This document shows, piece after piece, positions 8,296 to 17,926 of a stretch of 64,000 bases of DNA. The notes beneath the pieces were generated by a model. That model was not told the origin of the DNA. It searched no databases and saw only the letters and a program-made list of their open reading frames with translations. The stretch lies in NCBI GenBank assembly GCA_965197585.1, contig OZ240215.1:1984001-2048000 (forward strand). The letters are read 5' to 3'. The first letter of the stretch is position 1. Each line of letters starts with the position of its first letter. Source of the DNA: Dehalococcoidia bacterium (lineage in GTDB: Bacteria > Chloroflexota > Dehalococcoidia > Plut-88900). A program made the translations under genes and the position numbers.

Positions 8296-9531
8296 ATGGG
8301 CTACACAGGTAAAGTTATCTCCGGGGACTGCCACGTGGACATACCGTGGCTGCCCGCAGACCTATTCACCTCCAACGCTCCGTCCCATCTCAAGGACCGG
8401 ATGCCCCACGTGGAGGACACCAAGGATGGCGAGCAGTGGTTCGCCGGAGGCAGGCAACTCGGTTGCGTTGGGGGCGCCGGCATCGGACTGCAGCCCAGTC
8501 TATTCTGGGACCCCTATGTGCCCGGAGTCTCCACTCGGCTGGACCGGATGGAGGAACAGAATTTCTTCACCGATGCTCAACAGGGCCTGTTCCACCCCAC
8601 CACCCCCGAGTTGAGAATCAAGGACCAGGAGACGGACGGTATAAAGGGTGAGGTGCTATACGGCGTCCTGGCCCTGGCCAGCGGTTTTGGCTCGACTCAA
8701 GGTGAAGAAGGAGCAGTCATAGGCGGTGACGAACCCAGTGGCCCCGGTTACGGCCTCACCGACCCGGATGCCATCCTCTCAGCCTTCGACATCTATAACC
8801 AGTACATAGCTGACTTTTGCAATACCAACCCGGATAGATTAGCGGCCCTTGCCTGCCTATTTGCCCGAGACCCCAAAGAGGCTGCGCGCCAGGTACATCG
8901 TGCCGCAGAACTGGGTCTTAAGGGTACCGAACTCAACGTGAGCTCCACCGAAGAACCGATCTATCTCCGGGACTGGGACCCCTTGTGGGCCGCTGTGGAC
9001 GAGTCTGGGTTGCCGATCTCGTTCCACACGGTCGGGCTGTCGCCCAAGGCGCCGAAGAGGGACACCACAGCGTCAGAAAGGGCGATCATGACAGGGGTGG
9101 CACTGACCGTCTTCCAGCTGTCGGGCGCGGAATTTGTATCCAGCATCATCCTTTCCGGCGCATGCGAGCGGTACCCGAATATGAAGTTCGTCCTGGGAGA
9201 ATGCGGCGTCGGGTGGCTTCCCTACGTCCTGTTCAGGATGGACGACGAGGCGGAGCGCTGGAAGATCGCAGAGCACGGCCTGAAAATGAAGCCGTCCGAA
9301 TACTGGCACCGCCAGGGTTACTCCACATTCCAGATCGAGTACCTCACCAATGAGATGGTGGAGACGGTGGGAGAGGACAACATTCTTTGGGGCTCCGACT
9401 ACCCACACCCCGACTGCGTGTGGCCCGACTCCCGGTCCGTCATCGATGAGAACCTGAGCCACCTGGACGAGGGCAAGCTAAAGAAGATCGTGTGTGATAA
9501 CACGGCCAAATTGTACGGTTTCCCCAACTAA
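8296..9531 (+). CDS. Amidohydrolase family protein (Amidohydro_2)
   Basis: ISGDCH, LGECGVGW and WGSDYPHPD motifs. Confidence 0.9.
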   Translation: MGYTGKVISGDCHVDIPWLPADLFTSNAPSHLKDRMPHVEDTKDGEQWFAGGRQLGCVGGAGIGLQPSLFWDPYVPGVSTRLDRMEEQNFFTDAQQGLFHPTTPELRIKDQETDGIKGEVLYGVLALASGFGSTQGEEGAVIGGDEPSGPGYGLTDPDAILSAFDIYNQYIADFCNTNPDRLAALACLFARDPKEAARQVHRAAELGLKGTELNVSSTEEPIYLRDWDPLWAAVDESGLPISFHTVGLSPKAPKRDTTASERAIMTGVALTVFQLSGAEFVSSIILSGACERYPNMKFVLGECGVGWLPYVLFRMDDEAERWKIAEHGLKMKPSEYWHRQGYSTFQIEYLTNEMVETVGEDNILWGSDYPHPDCVWPDSRSVIDENLSHLDEGKLKKIVCDNTAKLYGFPN

Positions 9532-9590
9532 ACTAATCCCGTAATTTCGAGGTCTAGGCAGTCAATAGCACTTCTTATAGGAGGGCGGCC

Positions 9591-10817
9591 ATGAGCTATA
9601 CGGGCAAGGTTATATCGGGGGACTGTCACCTGGACATTCCCTGGCTGCCGGAAGACCTGTTCACGTCCCGGGGCCCGGCTCACCTGAAAGACAAGATGCC
9701 CCGGGTGAAGGAAACCGACCAGGGCCTCAAGTGGTTCTCCGAAGACCGCGTACTTGGTTGGGTTGGAGGCGCCGGAATCGGCGTGAGGCCCGGGGGTTGG
9801 GACCCGTATGTCTCGGGGATGTCCAAGCGGCTGGACCGTATGGAGGAGCTTAAATTCTTCTCCGACGCCAACAACAGGGTCCTGCGCCCCGGCACCGCAG
9901 ATTTAAGAATCAAGGACCAGGACTCCGACGGCGTGAGTGGCGAAGTGATATACGGCGTACTGGGGCTTGGCGGGTTTGCCGGCCAAAACGAATCGGAGAG
10001 TGCGCCGGTTATGGGCGACGAGCCCTCGGGCCCCGGCTACGGCATACAGGACCCGGAGGTGATTACCGCCGTCTACGATGCCTACAGTGAGTGGATGTCG
10101 GGCTTTTGCAAGACCAACCCGGACCGGCTGGTGGGCCTCACCTGTCTCAGTCCCAACGACCCGAACATCGCCGCGGCACAGCTGCGGCGGGCCTCGGACC
10201 TCGGTCTCAGGGGCGCGGAGATGAACGTCGCCTCCGCTACCGACCCCCTCTACCACAAGAACTGGGACGCATTATGGGAAGCCGCCGACGAGACGGGCCT
10301 GCCCATATCCTTCCACACCGTCGGCATCGCGCCCCGGTCCCCGAAACCCGAGGAGGTAGAGGACTACCACTGGGTGCTGAACGGCCTCGTGATAACCATG
10401 TTCCAGCTAGCAGGGGCCGAATACCTAGCCAGCATCATCTACGGCGGGGCCCTGGATCGTTATCCCAACTTCAAGTTCATCCTGGGAGAGTGCGGCATCG
10501 CATGGATCCCCTACGTCCTGTTTCGCATGGACGACGAGTACGAAAGGCAGCTCTTCCACCTGGGCCTCAGCATGAAGCCCAGCGAGTACTGGGCCCGCCA
10601 GGGTTACTCCACCTTCCAGATAGAGCACCTGACGAACGAGATGATCGACGTGGTTGGCGAGGACAACATCATGTGGGGGTCCGACTACCCGCACCCCGAC
10701 TGCGTCTGGCCCGACTCCCGGACTGTGATCAACGACCACCTCGGACACCTCGATGAGTCCAAGATCAGGAAGCTGGTCTGTGACAACACAGCCAAGCTGT
10801 ACGGATTCCCGAACTAG
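9591..10817 (+). CDS. Amidohydrolase family protein (Amidohydro_2)
   Basis: ISGDCH and WGSDYPHPD motifs; tandem paralog of 8296-9531. Confidence 0.9.
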   Translation: MSYTGKVISGDCHLDIPWLPEDLFTSRGPAHLKDKMPRVKETDQGLKWFSEDRVLGWVGGAGIGVRPGGWDPYVSGMSKRLDRMEELKFFSDANNRVLRPGTADLRIKDQDSDGVSGEVIYGVLGLGGFAGQNESESAPVMGDEPSGPGYGIQDPEVITAVYDAYSEWMSGFCKTNPDRLVGLTCLSPNDPNIAAAQLRRASDLGLRGAEMNVASATDPLYHKNWDALWEAADETGLPISFHTVGIAPRSPKPEEVEDYHWVLNGLVITMFQLAGAEYLASIIYGGALDRYPNFKFILGECGIAWIPYVLFRMDDEYERQLFHLGLSMKPSEYWARQGYSTFQIEHLTNEMIDVVGEDNIMWGSDYPHPDCVWPDSRTVINDHLGHLDESKIRKLVCDNTAKLYGFPN

Positions 10818-10860
10818 TATTTCCCAGCGAGCCCATTAGCATTCAGTGGGGAGGAAGACG

Positions 10861-12570
10861 ATGGCTGAGTTCGATGCCGTAATCAGGAACGGGACGGTAG
10901 TTGAGGCCACGGGGATACCCGCCTACAGGGCGGATGTGGGGATCAAGAACGGCAAGATTGCCCAGATGAGCGGCAGCATCAAGGGCTCCGGGGCGAAGGA
11001 GCTGGACGCTACGGGGTGCATCGTGGCGCCCGGCGCAGTAGAGCAGCACGCCCACTACGACGGTCAGATCAATTGGGACCCGTACTGCAGCCTGTCCGGC
11101 TGGCATGGTATGACTTCCATGACCATCGGGCACTGTGGCTATGGAGTCGCCCCCGTGAGGCCCGAGGACCGGGAAGCTAACATGCAGCTCCACTCCCGCA
11201 TAGAGGCGATACCGCTGCACTCCATGCGGGCGGGCATTCGCTGGGACTGGGTCACATTCCCGGAGTACCTGGATAGCCTCCAACGGCAGGGTGTAGGTGT
11301 GAACGTGGGCGCAATGTTCGCGTATTCTCCTGCACGGGTATGGGTGATGGGAGCAGAAGAGGCGGCGAACAGGGCAGCTATCACTGAAGAGGAACTGGAC
11401 CAGATTCTTGCTCTATTCAGGGAAGCGCTGGACGCGGGAGCCTTCGGTTTCTCCCTGAACAAGAACATGGCAGACCGGCCTGCGACCGGTGGACTATTGC
11501 CGACCCACGTGGCCGCCGACGTCGAATTCGAGTCCCTGGCCCGAGTCCTCGGTGAGTACGGGCTTGGGGGGATCACGATGACCCTCGGGAGTACGGATGA
11601 CGAGGGGAGGGACATGCTGGTCGAGAAGCTCGCCCAGGCCAGCGGCCGCCCCGTCCAGTTCGCCGCCCTGAACTACAGCGACCAGGACCCGGGCCTGTAC
11701 AAGAGGCAGTTGGCCTGGGTGGAGGGCGCCAAGGCTCGAGGGATGTCCATCTACGGTCAGTCCATCGCCATGCCGATAGACCCTAGGTTCAAGCTCTCGG
11801 AGTTCAACCTCCTCGACGATATGCCAAATTGGTTCATCGCCCTCCTTGGCACCCGGGAAGAGAGGATCGAGAGGCTTCAGCGCAAGGAGATACGGGACGG
11901 GATGAAGAGGGACATCGCCGAGTGGGAGGAGACGGACTTCCATAAGGACTGGTCAAAGATCACTGTGATTGAGACGGTGCACGAGCGAAATTACAAATAC
12001 GACGGCATGAGCATCGCCGAAATAGCTGCGTCGGAGGGCAAGGACCCCGTGGATGCATGGCTAGACCTGAGCCTTGACGAAGGTCTGGAAACCGAGTTCA
12101 GCCTCTCGGGGCTGATTGGCGGCAACGCCGAGGCGGACGTCGAGACGCTTACTCATCCCCTGACGCACCCGTCGTTCTCGGATGGCGGCGCCCACGTCCG
12201 CTTCTTCACAACCAGCACCTGGCCGACCTACCTGCTGAGCCACTGGGTGCGGGACGAGGGGGCTCTTACACTGGAGCAGGCCCACTACAAGATGAGTGCT
12301 CTTCCCGCTTGGCTGGCCGGGTTCCGGGACAGGGGCATCCTCCGGGAAGGCATGGCCGCCGATACCATCGTCTACAACCTGGACGAGATAGGCTTCGAGA
12401 CGGACAAGCCCGAGTACGCCACCGACTTCCCCGGGGGCGAGAAGAGGCTGATCCAGAAGCCCAAGGGAATGCGCTACATCATGGTCAACGGCACGGTGAC
12501 TTTCGAGGAGAACAAGTGCACCGGAGCCCTGCCGGGCAACGTCTTGAGAAGCTACGACATGATTGGCTAA
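10861..12570 (+). CDS. N-acyl-D-amino-acid deacylase family amidohydrolase
   Basis: FDAVIRNGTVV..TG.P...ADVGIK, HAHYDGQ, SDGGAH, RDRGILREGMAAD; ATG at 10861 after GGGAGG. Confidence 0.85.
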   Translation: MAEFDAVIRNGTVVEATGIPAYRADVGIKNGKIAQMSGSIKGSGAKELDATGCIVAPGAVEQHAHYDGQINWDPYCSLSGWHGMTSMTIGHCGYGVAPVRPEDREANMQLHSRIEAIPLHSMRAGIRWDWVTFPEYLDSLQRQGVGVNVGAMFAYSPARVWVMGAEEAANRAAITEEELDQILALFREALDAGAFGFSLNKNMADRPATGGLLPTHVAADVEFESLARVLGEYGLGGITMTLGSTDDEGRDMLVEKLAQASGRPVQFAALNYSDQDPGLYKRQLAWVEGAKARGMSIYGQSIAMPIDPRFKLSEFNLLDDMPNWFIALLGTREERIERLQRKEIRDGMKRDIAEWEETDFHKDWSKITVIETVHERNYKYDGMSIAEIAASEGKDPVDAWLDLSLDEGLETEFSLSGLIGGNAEADVETLTHPLTHPSFSDGGAHVRFFTTSTWPTYLLSHWVRDEGALTLEQAHYKMSALPAWLAGFRDRGILREGMAADTIVYNLDEIGFETDKPEYATDFPGGEKRLIQKPKGMRYIMVNGTVTFEENKCTGALPGNVLRSYDMIG

Positions 12571-12594
12571 GGGTGCGATTCATACGATAACCTT

Positions 12595-12627
12595 ATAGGG
12601 GGGCGAGACTCGTCCCCCTATATTTTT
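12595..12627 (+). terminator. Rho-independent terminator
   Basis: ATAGGGGGGCGAG-ac-TCGTCCCCCTAT hairpin followed by a T run. Confidence 0.65.
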
Positions 12628-12645
12628 GTGGACGAGTAGCCAGAT

Positions 12646-12957
12646 ATGCGCATAAAAGAAGGTAACAGACCCATTGTCCACCGCGGCGATTCCTTCGAGA
12701 TCGAGGTTGACAGTAATCCGATGTCGGCTCATCACGGTGAGACGGTTGCATCAGTGATGTTGAGTAGCGGCAGTCGGGCGCTCCGTAACACCCGTAAGGA
12801 GGGCAAGCCTCGGGGGCTCTTTTGCGGGATAGGGGTGTGCTATGACTGTCTGGTGGTGGTGGATGGAAGGGCTAACGTGCGGGCCTGCATGACTAGGGCC
12901 GTACCGGGCATGCAGGTGCGGACACAGCATGGCATTGGGGGAGAGGAGGAGGAATGA
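12646..12957 (+). CDS. [2Fe-2S] subunit (HcnA/sarcosine oxidase alpha N-terminal-like)
   Basis: PRGLFCGIGVCYDCLV...RACMT motif. Confidence 0.85.
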   Translation: MRIKEGNRPIVHRGDSFEIEVDSNPMSAHHGETVASVMLSSGSRALRNTRKEGKPRGLFCGIGVCYDCLVVVDGRANVRACMTRAVPGMQVRTQHGIGGEEEE

Positions 12958-14360
12958 ACAGCATCGACCTGGCGATAGTCGGGGCGGGGCCCGCAGGGCT
13001 GTCGGCGGCGCTGGCTGCGGCGTCGTGCGGCCTTCGGCCCGTGGTCATCGACGAGAACCCGGCTCCCGGGGGGCAGATATACCGCCAGCTTCCTGCCGAC
13101 TTTCGGGTGGAAAGGGCAGGGGCCCTCGGGCACACCTATCAGAAGGGCCAAAAGCTGCTAGCCAGGGCCTATCAGGCCGATATCGAATTGAGGCTGGGTA
13201 CTACGGTCTGGGGGCTGTTCAATCCCCTAATCCTCGGGCTGGACAGTGGGGATAGCGCCGAGTCCCTTCAGTGCAAGGCACTAGTGCTCTCTACAGGCGG
13301 CTACGACCGGACGGTTCCCTTCCCCGGCTGGACACTCCCCGGCGTAATGACTCTTGGAGGGGCGCAGACGTTGGTTAAGAGCCAGAGGATGCTGCCGGGG
13401 AAGAGGATTGTGCTGTCCGGGTCAGGGCCGTTTCTAATGCCGGTAGCGTCGCAGCTGATAAGGGGCGGGGCGAAGATAGTAGTTGTGCTCGAAGCGTCTA
13501 AGCCAATGGGGTGGCTCTCAAGGGCGGGCGCCCTCTGGGGGCAATGGGAGCGTTTCCAGGAGGCATGGGAATACGTGACTCCGGTGATCAAGGCGCGAAC
13601 GCGGGTCAGGTTTGGTCAGGCGGTAATTGAGGTGAGGGGCAGGGACAAAGTGGAAGGGGTCGTAACAGCGTCTCTGGACAAGAACTGGCGCCCGATACCC
13701 GGGACAAAGCGGACGATAATGGCGGACGCTGTGGCGGTGGGGTACGGGTTCAGCATCAACACGCAGCTGTCGCGGCTGTGCCGGTGTGAGCACGAGTTCA
13801 AGCCGGGCTACGGCGGCTGGACAGTGAAGGTCGACGCCCGGCAGGCGACTTCCGTCGCCAACGTCTTTGCAGCGGGGGAGGCCACTGGCATCGGGGGTTC
13901 GGACATTGCGGCTGCCGAGGGGGCGATAGCCGGATACTCGGCGGCGCAGGCCTTGGGAAGGATCACCGAGTCGGTGGCCCGGGCGCTGCAAGCGCCCCAC
14001 GTCAGTCGGCTCCGCAAGCTGAGACCCTTCGCCCGGATGATGGCAGACTTGTTCGCGCCAAGGGACGGATTGCTGGAAATAACCACGCCCGACACCATCG
14101 TATGCCGGTGCGAGGAAGTCTCGGCGGCTGAGATTGACCAAGCCATCGACTCAGGTGCAAACGACCTCAGTGGGGTGAAGTCTAGAACGCGGGTGGGGAT
14201 GGGTCTTTGTCAGGGTCGAGTGTGCGGGGCGGCGGTGGCCGGGCTGATAGCGCGGCATACGGGTCGGCCGCAGGCCGAGGCGGGGGCCAATACCGGCAGG
14301 CCGATAGTGAAGCCCGTGTCGATCGGGGCGCTCGCCAAGATGGAGCAGAGCGAGTCATGA
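12954..14360 (+). CDS. FAD/NAD(P)-dependent oxidoreductase with BFD-like Fe-S C-terminus (HcnB/OoxA-like)
   Basis: GAGPAG, PFPGWTLPGVM, VCRCEEV...GMGLCQGRVC; ATGA overlap with the upstream gene. Confidence 0.85.
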   Translation: MNSIDLAIVGAGPAGLSAALAAASCGLRPVVIDENPAPGGQIYRQLPADFRVERAGALGHTYQKGQKLLARAYQADIELRLGTTVWGLFNPLILGLDSGDSAESLQCKALVLSTGGYDRTVPFPGWTLPGVMTLGGAQTLVKSQRMLPGKRIVLSGSGPFLMPVASQLIRGGAKIVVVLEASKPMGWLSRAGALWGQWERFQEAWEYVTPVIKARTRVRFGQAVIEVRGRDKVEGVVTASLDKNWRPIPGTKRTIMADAVAVGYGFSINTQLSRLCRCEHEFKPGYGGWTVKVDARQATSVANVFAAGEATGIGGSDIAAAEGAIAGYSAAQALGRITESVARALQAPHVSRLRKLRPFARMMADLFAPRDGLLEITTPDTIVCRCEEVSAAEIDQAIDSGANDLSGVKSRTRVGMGLCQGRVCGAAVAGLIARHTGRPQAEAGANTGRPIVKPVSIGALAKMEQSES

Positions 14361-15517
14361 GTCCAACCGTCGCAACGGCTGACGCGGTGGTGATCGGCGG
14401 GGGGATAGTCGGGACTTCCACAGCGTACCACCTGACACGGATGGGGGCCAAGGTAGCGCTGCTGGAGCGGGGGGCCATCGCTTCCGGGACTTCGGGGGCG
14501 TGCGACGGGCAGATCCTGATCGCGGACAGGCACCCGGGCCCCGAGCTGGAGCTGGGCAAACTGGCCGTGCGTCGGTGGAAAGAGCTGGCCGCCGAGCTTC
14601 CGTTCGATGTCGAGTACGAGGTGAACGGGAGCACGCTCATAGCAGAGGTGGAGGAGGATCTGGGCGTATTGGCCAAGCTTGTTAAGTCACTTCAGAACGA
14701 GTCGGTGGCCGCCGAACTGATAGAGGGCCCGGCGGCGCGGGAACTGGAACCCAATCTGGCGGAGGACATACCTGGCTTGGCCTTCTTCCCGGGACATGGG
14801 CAGGTGCAGCCTCAACTCGCTTCGTGGGCTATGGCGGAGGCGGCAAGGCTCGGGGGGGCGGACGTCAGGACCTATTCGCCGGTTACCAGCATAGAGAAGG
14901 ACAACGATGGGAAAATCTCGGCGGTGTTGGCCGGAAATGACCGGATAGCGACACCCGTGGTGGTGAATGCGTCGGGGGCGTGGAGTGCGTCGATTGGGGA
15001 GATGGTGGGAGTCAAGGTGCCGGTTATACCCCGGCGGGGGCACATCCTGGTATCGGAGCCCGCGCCGGCGATAATCAAACACGCGGCGATGGGAGCATCC
15101 TATACACGCACCATAGATGCGGAGGCGGCGAGCCTGCAGGTGGCGACGGTTATCGAACACACAAAGAGCGGGCCGATGCTTCTAGGGAGCAGCCGGGAGT
15201 TCATAGGGTTCGACGGCAACGAGCAGCTGGCCGCGGTGACGGGCATAGCGGCAGGGGCGGTACGCTTCTTCCCTGCCCTGGCCGGGGTTCAGATCATGCG
15301 GTGCTACACGGGGTTCCGGCCCTACACGGCAGACCACCTGCCGATCATCGGGGCTTGCGAGGCCGTGCCAGGCTTCTACCTGAACACGGGCCACGAGGGT
15401 GGCGGGATCTGCATGGGGCCCGTTTCTGGGATGCTGGTGGCACAGTTGATCACGGGGCAGGATCCGGCGATACCGATGGAGCCGTATAACATTGCGAGGT
15501 TTGGTACTCAAGCCTAG
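14357..15517 (+). CDS. DAO-family FAD oxidoreductase (HcnC/OoxB/glycine oxidase-like)
   Basis: VIGGGIVG, GFRPYTADHLPIIG, TGHEGGGI; ATG at 14357 overlaps the upstream stop. Confidence 0.85.
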   Translation: MSPTVATADAVVIGGGIVGTSTAYHLTRMGAKVALLERGAIASGTSGACDGQILIADRHPGPELELGKLAVRRWKELAAELPFDVEYEVNGSTLIAEVEEDLGVLAKLVKSLQNESVAAELIEGPAARELEPNLAEDIPGLAFFPGHGQVQPQLASWAMAEAARLGGADVRTYSPVTSIEKDNDGKISAVLAGNDRIATPVVVNASGAWSASIGEMVGVKVPVIPRRGHILVSEPAPAIIKHAAMGASYTRTIDAEAASLQVATVIEHTKSGPMLLGSSREFIGFDGNEQLAAVTGIAAGAVRFFPALAGVQIMRCYTGFRPYTADHLPIIGACEAVPGFYLNTGHEGGGICMGPVSGMLVAQLITGQDPAIPMEPYNIARFGTQA

Positions 15518-15550
15518 TGCTTGGCTTTCACCAGAGGGAAGGGCCACCAC

Positions 15551-15628
15551 CCGCTCGACCCTTCGACTCTGCTCAGGATGAGCGGCTCCTCACGGAGGTG
15601 GATTCTCGATCGTGGTCGGGAATGACGG
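15551..15628. repeat. REP-like palindromic repeats
   Basis: CCGCTC-gacccttcgactctgctcaggat-GAGCGG and GGATTCTCG...GGGAATGAC; the latter motif recurs near 16543-16570, 32415-32441 and, reversed, 382-430. Confidence 0.55.
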
Positions 15629-15724
15629 AGGGTGGGGTGACACTGCTCGGAGCCCGAGTGGTTGAAGAAGTGATTTGGCACACCTATAATCGGGCAACGA
15701 ACTGCCCGTTTAAGGAGAAAATGA

Positions 15725-16435
15725 ATGGCCATTGATCGAATACCCCCCGGACTGATCCCGAGCAGTGGCTCGCATACTTTTACGGAAGACACGATCCCGG
15801 AAGCTCTTCAGAAGGAGCACAAGCTGGCCGCGGGGCATTGGGGTGTGCTGCACGTTTTTGAAGGCAGTCTCAATTTTGTAGACATCGCTAGCGGGGAGCA
15901 GAGAACAGTGTCGGCGCCAGACCTGGTGACCATTCACCCCGAGGCACCGCATCGGGTGGAAGTGGAAGGCCCCGTAAGCTGCCGGGTCGACTTCTTCAGG
16001 GAGCCGGATGCGGGCTCTTCAATGTCTACGCCCGGGGCGTTCGCCGAACAGGACGTTCGGAGCAGCTTCGACCGGTGCGAAGCGAACGGGAATTTTGCAG
16101 AGACCTTCTACAACAACTTCCTGAATTCCTCGCCGGAGATAGCGCCATATTTCGCAGCGACAGATTTCGAGAAGCAGCGGAAGGTGCTCCGTCAGTCGGT
16201 ATACATGATGGTGATCAATGACGTGGCAGACCCGGGGATGAGGGACATGCTGGGCAATCTCGCCAGAATTCATAGCCGGGCATGGCGGGACATACATCCA
16301 AAGCTCTACGAACTGTGGCTGGACAACATCTGCAAAGCGGCAAGCACCCTGGACCCGGAATGGAGCAAGGATCTTGAGAGGAAGTGGCGCGTGCGGTTGC
16401 GGGATGGCATGCAGATTATCATGGCGGCTTATTAG
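15725..16435 (+). CDS. DUF1971 (TehB/YeaR-type cupin)-globin fusion protein
   Basis: N-term FTEDTIPEALQKEH....G.WGVLHVFEGSL...HRVE; C-term SFDRC..F...FY..FL..SPEIAPYF..TDFEKQ...HS.....I.P.LYELW globin pattern. Confidence 0.75.
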   Translation: MAIDRIPPGLIPSSGSHTFTEDTIPEALQKEHKLAAGHWGVLHVFEGSLNFVDIASGEQRTVSAPDLVTIHPEAPHRVEVEGPVSCRVDFFREPDAGSSMSTPGAFAEQDVRSSFDRCEANGNFAETFYNNFLNSSPEIAPYFAATDFEKQRKVLRQSVYMMVINDVADPGMRDMLGNLARIHSRAWRDIHPKLYELWLDNICKAASTLDPEWSKDLERKWRVRLRDGMQIIMAAY

Positions 16436-16614
16436 GGTGTAGGCGGGGCTATCAAGGTGGGTGAGGGCCAGGGAGGGGTGAGGATTGGAGGGGGCAGGCG
16501 CGAGATTTGCTCATACAAGCGAGGTTGGAGGAGTGGCGCCTTGGATTCCTCGCGGAGCCTCGGAATGACACGTCATGGGGTGGCAGGGTTTTCGTGGGTG
16601 GGCAGATTAAGTGC

Positions 16615-17817
16615 CTAACCCACGGCGCCTGTTTCTCGGAGGGCGGTTATTTCTGAGGGGGAGTAGCCGATTGTCTTCAGGACATCTTCGGTGTTCTCGC
16701 CGATTTCGGGGGAGAAGCTGCGGGGCTGCAGGGACTCTCCGGCGTACTTGAAGGGCACTCCCACTTGCTTGACCGCGCCCAAAGTCGGGTGCTGCATCTC
16801 GACAACCATTTCACGGGCCTGGATTTGCGGGTCGGTGGCAACTTCATCTATGGCATAGACTCGGCCTACTGCGCTATCGATTTTGCTCAGTATGTCGAAC
16901 CACTCGTCTCGGGTGCGGGTGAGGAAAGCCTTGGCTATCTCTGACTTAACACGTTCGTCGTCCATACCATGTTCGTACTGGTCGGCAATGTCATCAAGAC
17001 CCATGGCTTTGCAAAGGGCAACGTAGAACCAGGGCTCCAGGCTGGCTATCGAGATGAACTTGTCGTCCTTGGTACGGTATATGGCGTAGCGGGGATTGCC
17101 GCCCGCCAAGGGCGATTTCCCGAGAACCGGCACGTTTCCCGTCTTGAAGTAGTCTTCGAACATGGTGGCCATGAGGTACATGACACCGTCGGTCATGGCC
17201 ACGTCGACGTACCGGCCTCGGCCCGTGGCCCTTCTATCTACAAGCGCAGCCAGCACGGCTACCGCAGCGGTGAGGCCGCCGCCTGCGAAGTCGGCGAGGA
17301 GGTTCCAGGGGATAGCGTGACCGCCATCGGAATTCCCGATCGTGCCCTGGGCCCCGGCGGTCGAGGTGTAGTTGATATCGTGGCCGACCATGCTCTTGTA
17401 GGGGCCGGTCTGGCCGTAGCCCGTGACGGATAGATAGACGATGCCGGGGTTGATGCCGCTGATGGTATCGTAGTCGACGCCGAGGCGCTTGACGACGCCG
17501 GGCCTGTACTCTTCGACGAAAACGTCGGCGTCCTTGACGAGCTTGTAGAGGACCTGTCGGGCGTCATCGTTCTTGAGATTCAGGCCGATGCTGCGCTTGT
17601 TGCGGCCCATGGCGTCAAAGGCGTTCTCTTCCTCGGAGCGGTTGAGCCAGTGAGCCCCGGAGATGGCTCCCTTGACGGCAGCCCTTCTGCCGCTCAGGGC
17701 GAACTCTTCGATTTTCAGGATGTCGGCGCCAAGGTCTCCGAGTACCATGGTGCAGAAGGGGCCCGGGGCCATGCGGGAGAGGTCGACTACTTTTACGCCT
17801 TCAAGGGGGAGAGTCAT
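16615..17817 (-). CDS. CaiB/BaiF CoA-transferase family (alpha-methylacyl-CoA racemase-like)
   Basis: PLEGVKVVDLSRMAPGP, GHDINY and LLADFAGGG motifs. Confidence 0.9.
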   Translation of the reverse strand: MTLPLEGVKVVDLSRMAPGPFCTMVLGDLGADILKIEEFALSGRRAAVKGAISGAHWLNRSEEENAFDAMGRNKRSIGLNLKNDDARQVLYKLVKDADVFVEEYRPGVVKRLGVDYDTISGINPGIVYLSVTGYGQTGPYKSMVGHDINYTSTAGAQGTIGNSDGGHAIPWNLLADFAGGGLTAAVAVLAALVDRRATGRGRYVDVAMTDGVMYLMATMFEDYFKTGNVPVLGKSPLAGGNPRYAIYRTKDDKFISIASLEPWFYVALCKAMGLDDIADQYEHGMDDERVKSEIAKAFLTRTRDEWFDILSKIDSAVGRVYAIDEVATDPQIQAREMVVEMQHPTLGAVKQVGVPFKYAGESLQPRSFSPEIGENTEDVLKTIGYSPSEITALRETGAVG

Positions 17818-17926
17818 TTTTGAGGTCCTCCTAATTGAGTCACGGGGTTATTCTTCTAGGATCGGGGAACACCCTTACCCTAGCCCTCTTCCATCGAGGG
17901 AGAGGGTACAGGATACATCCGCCTGC

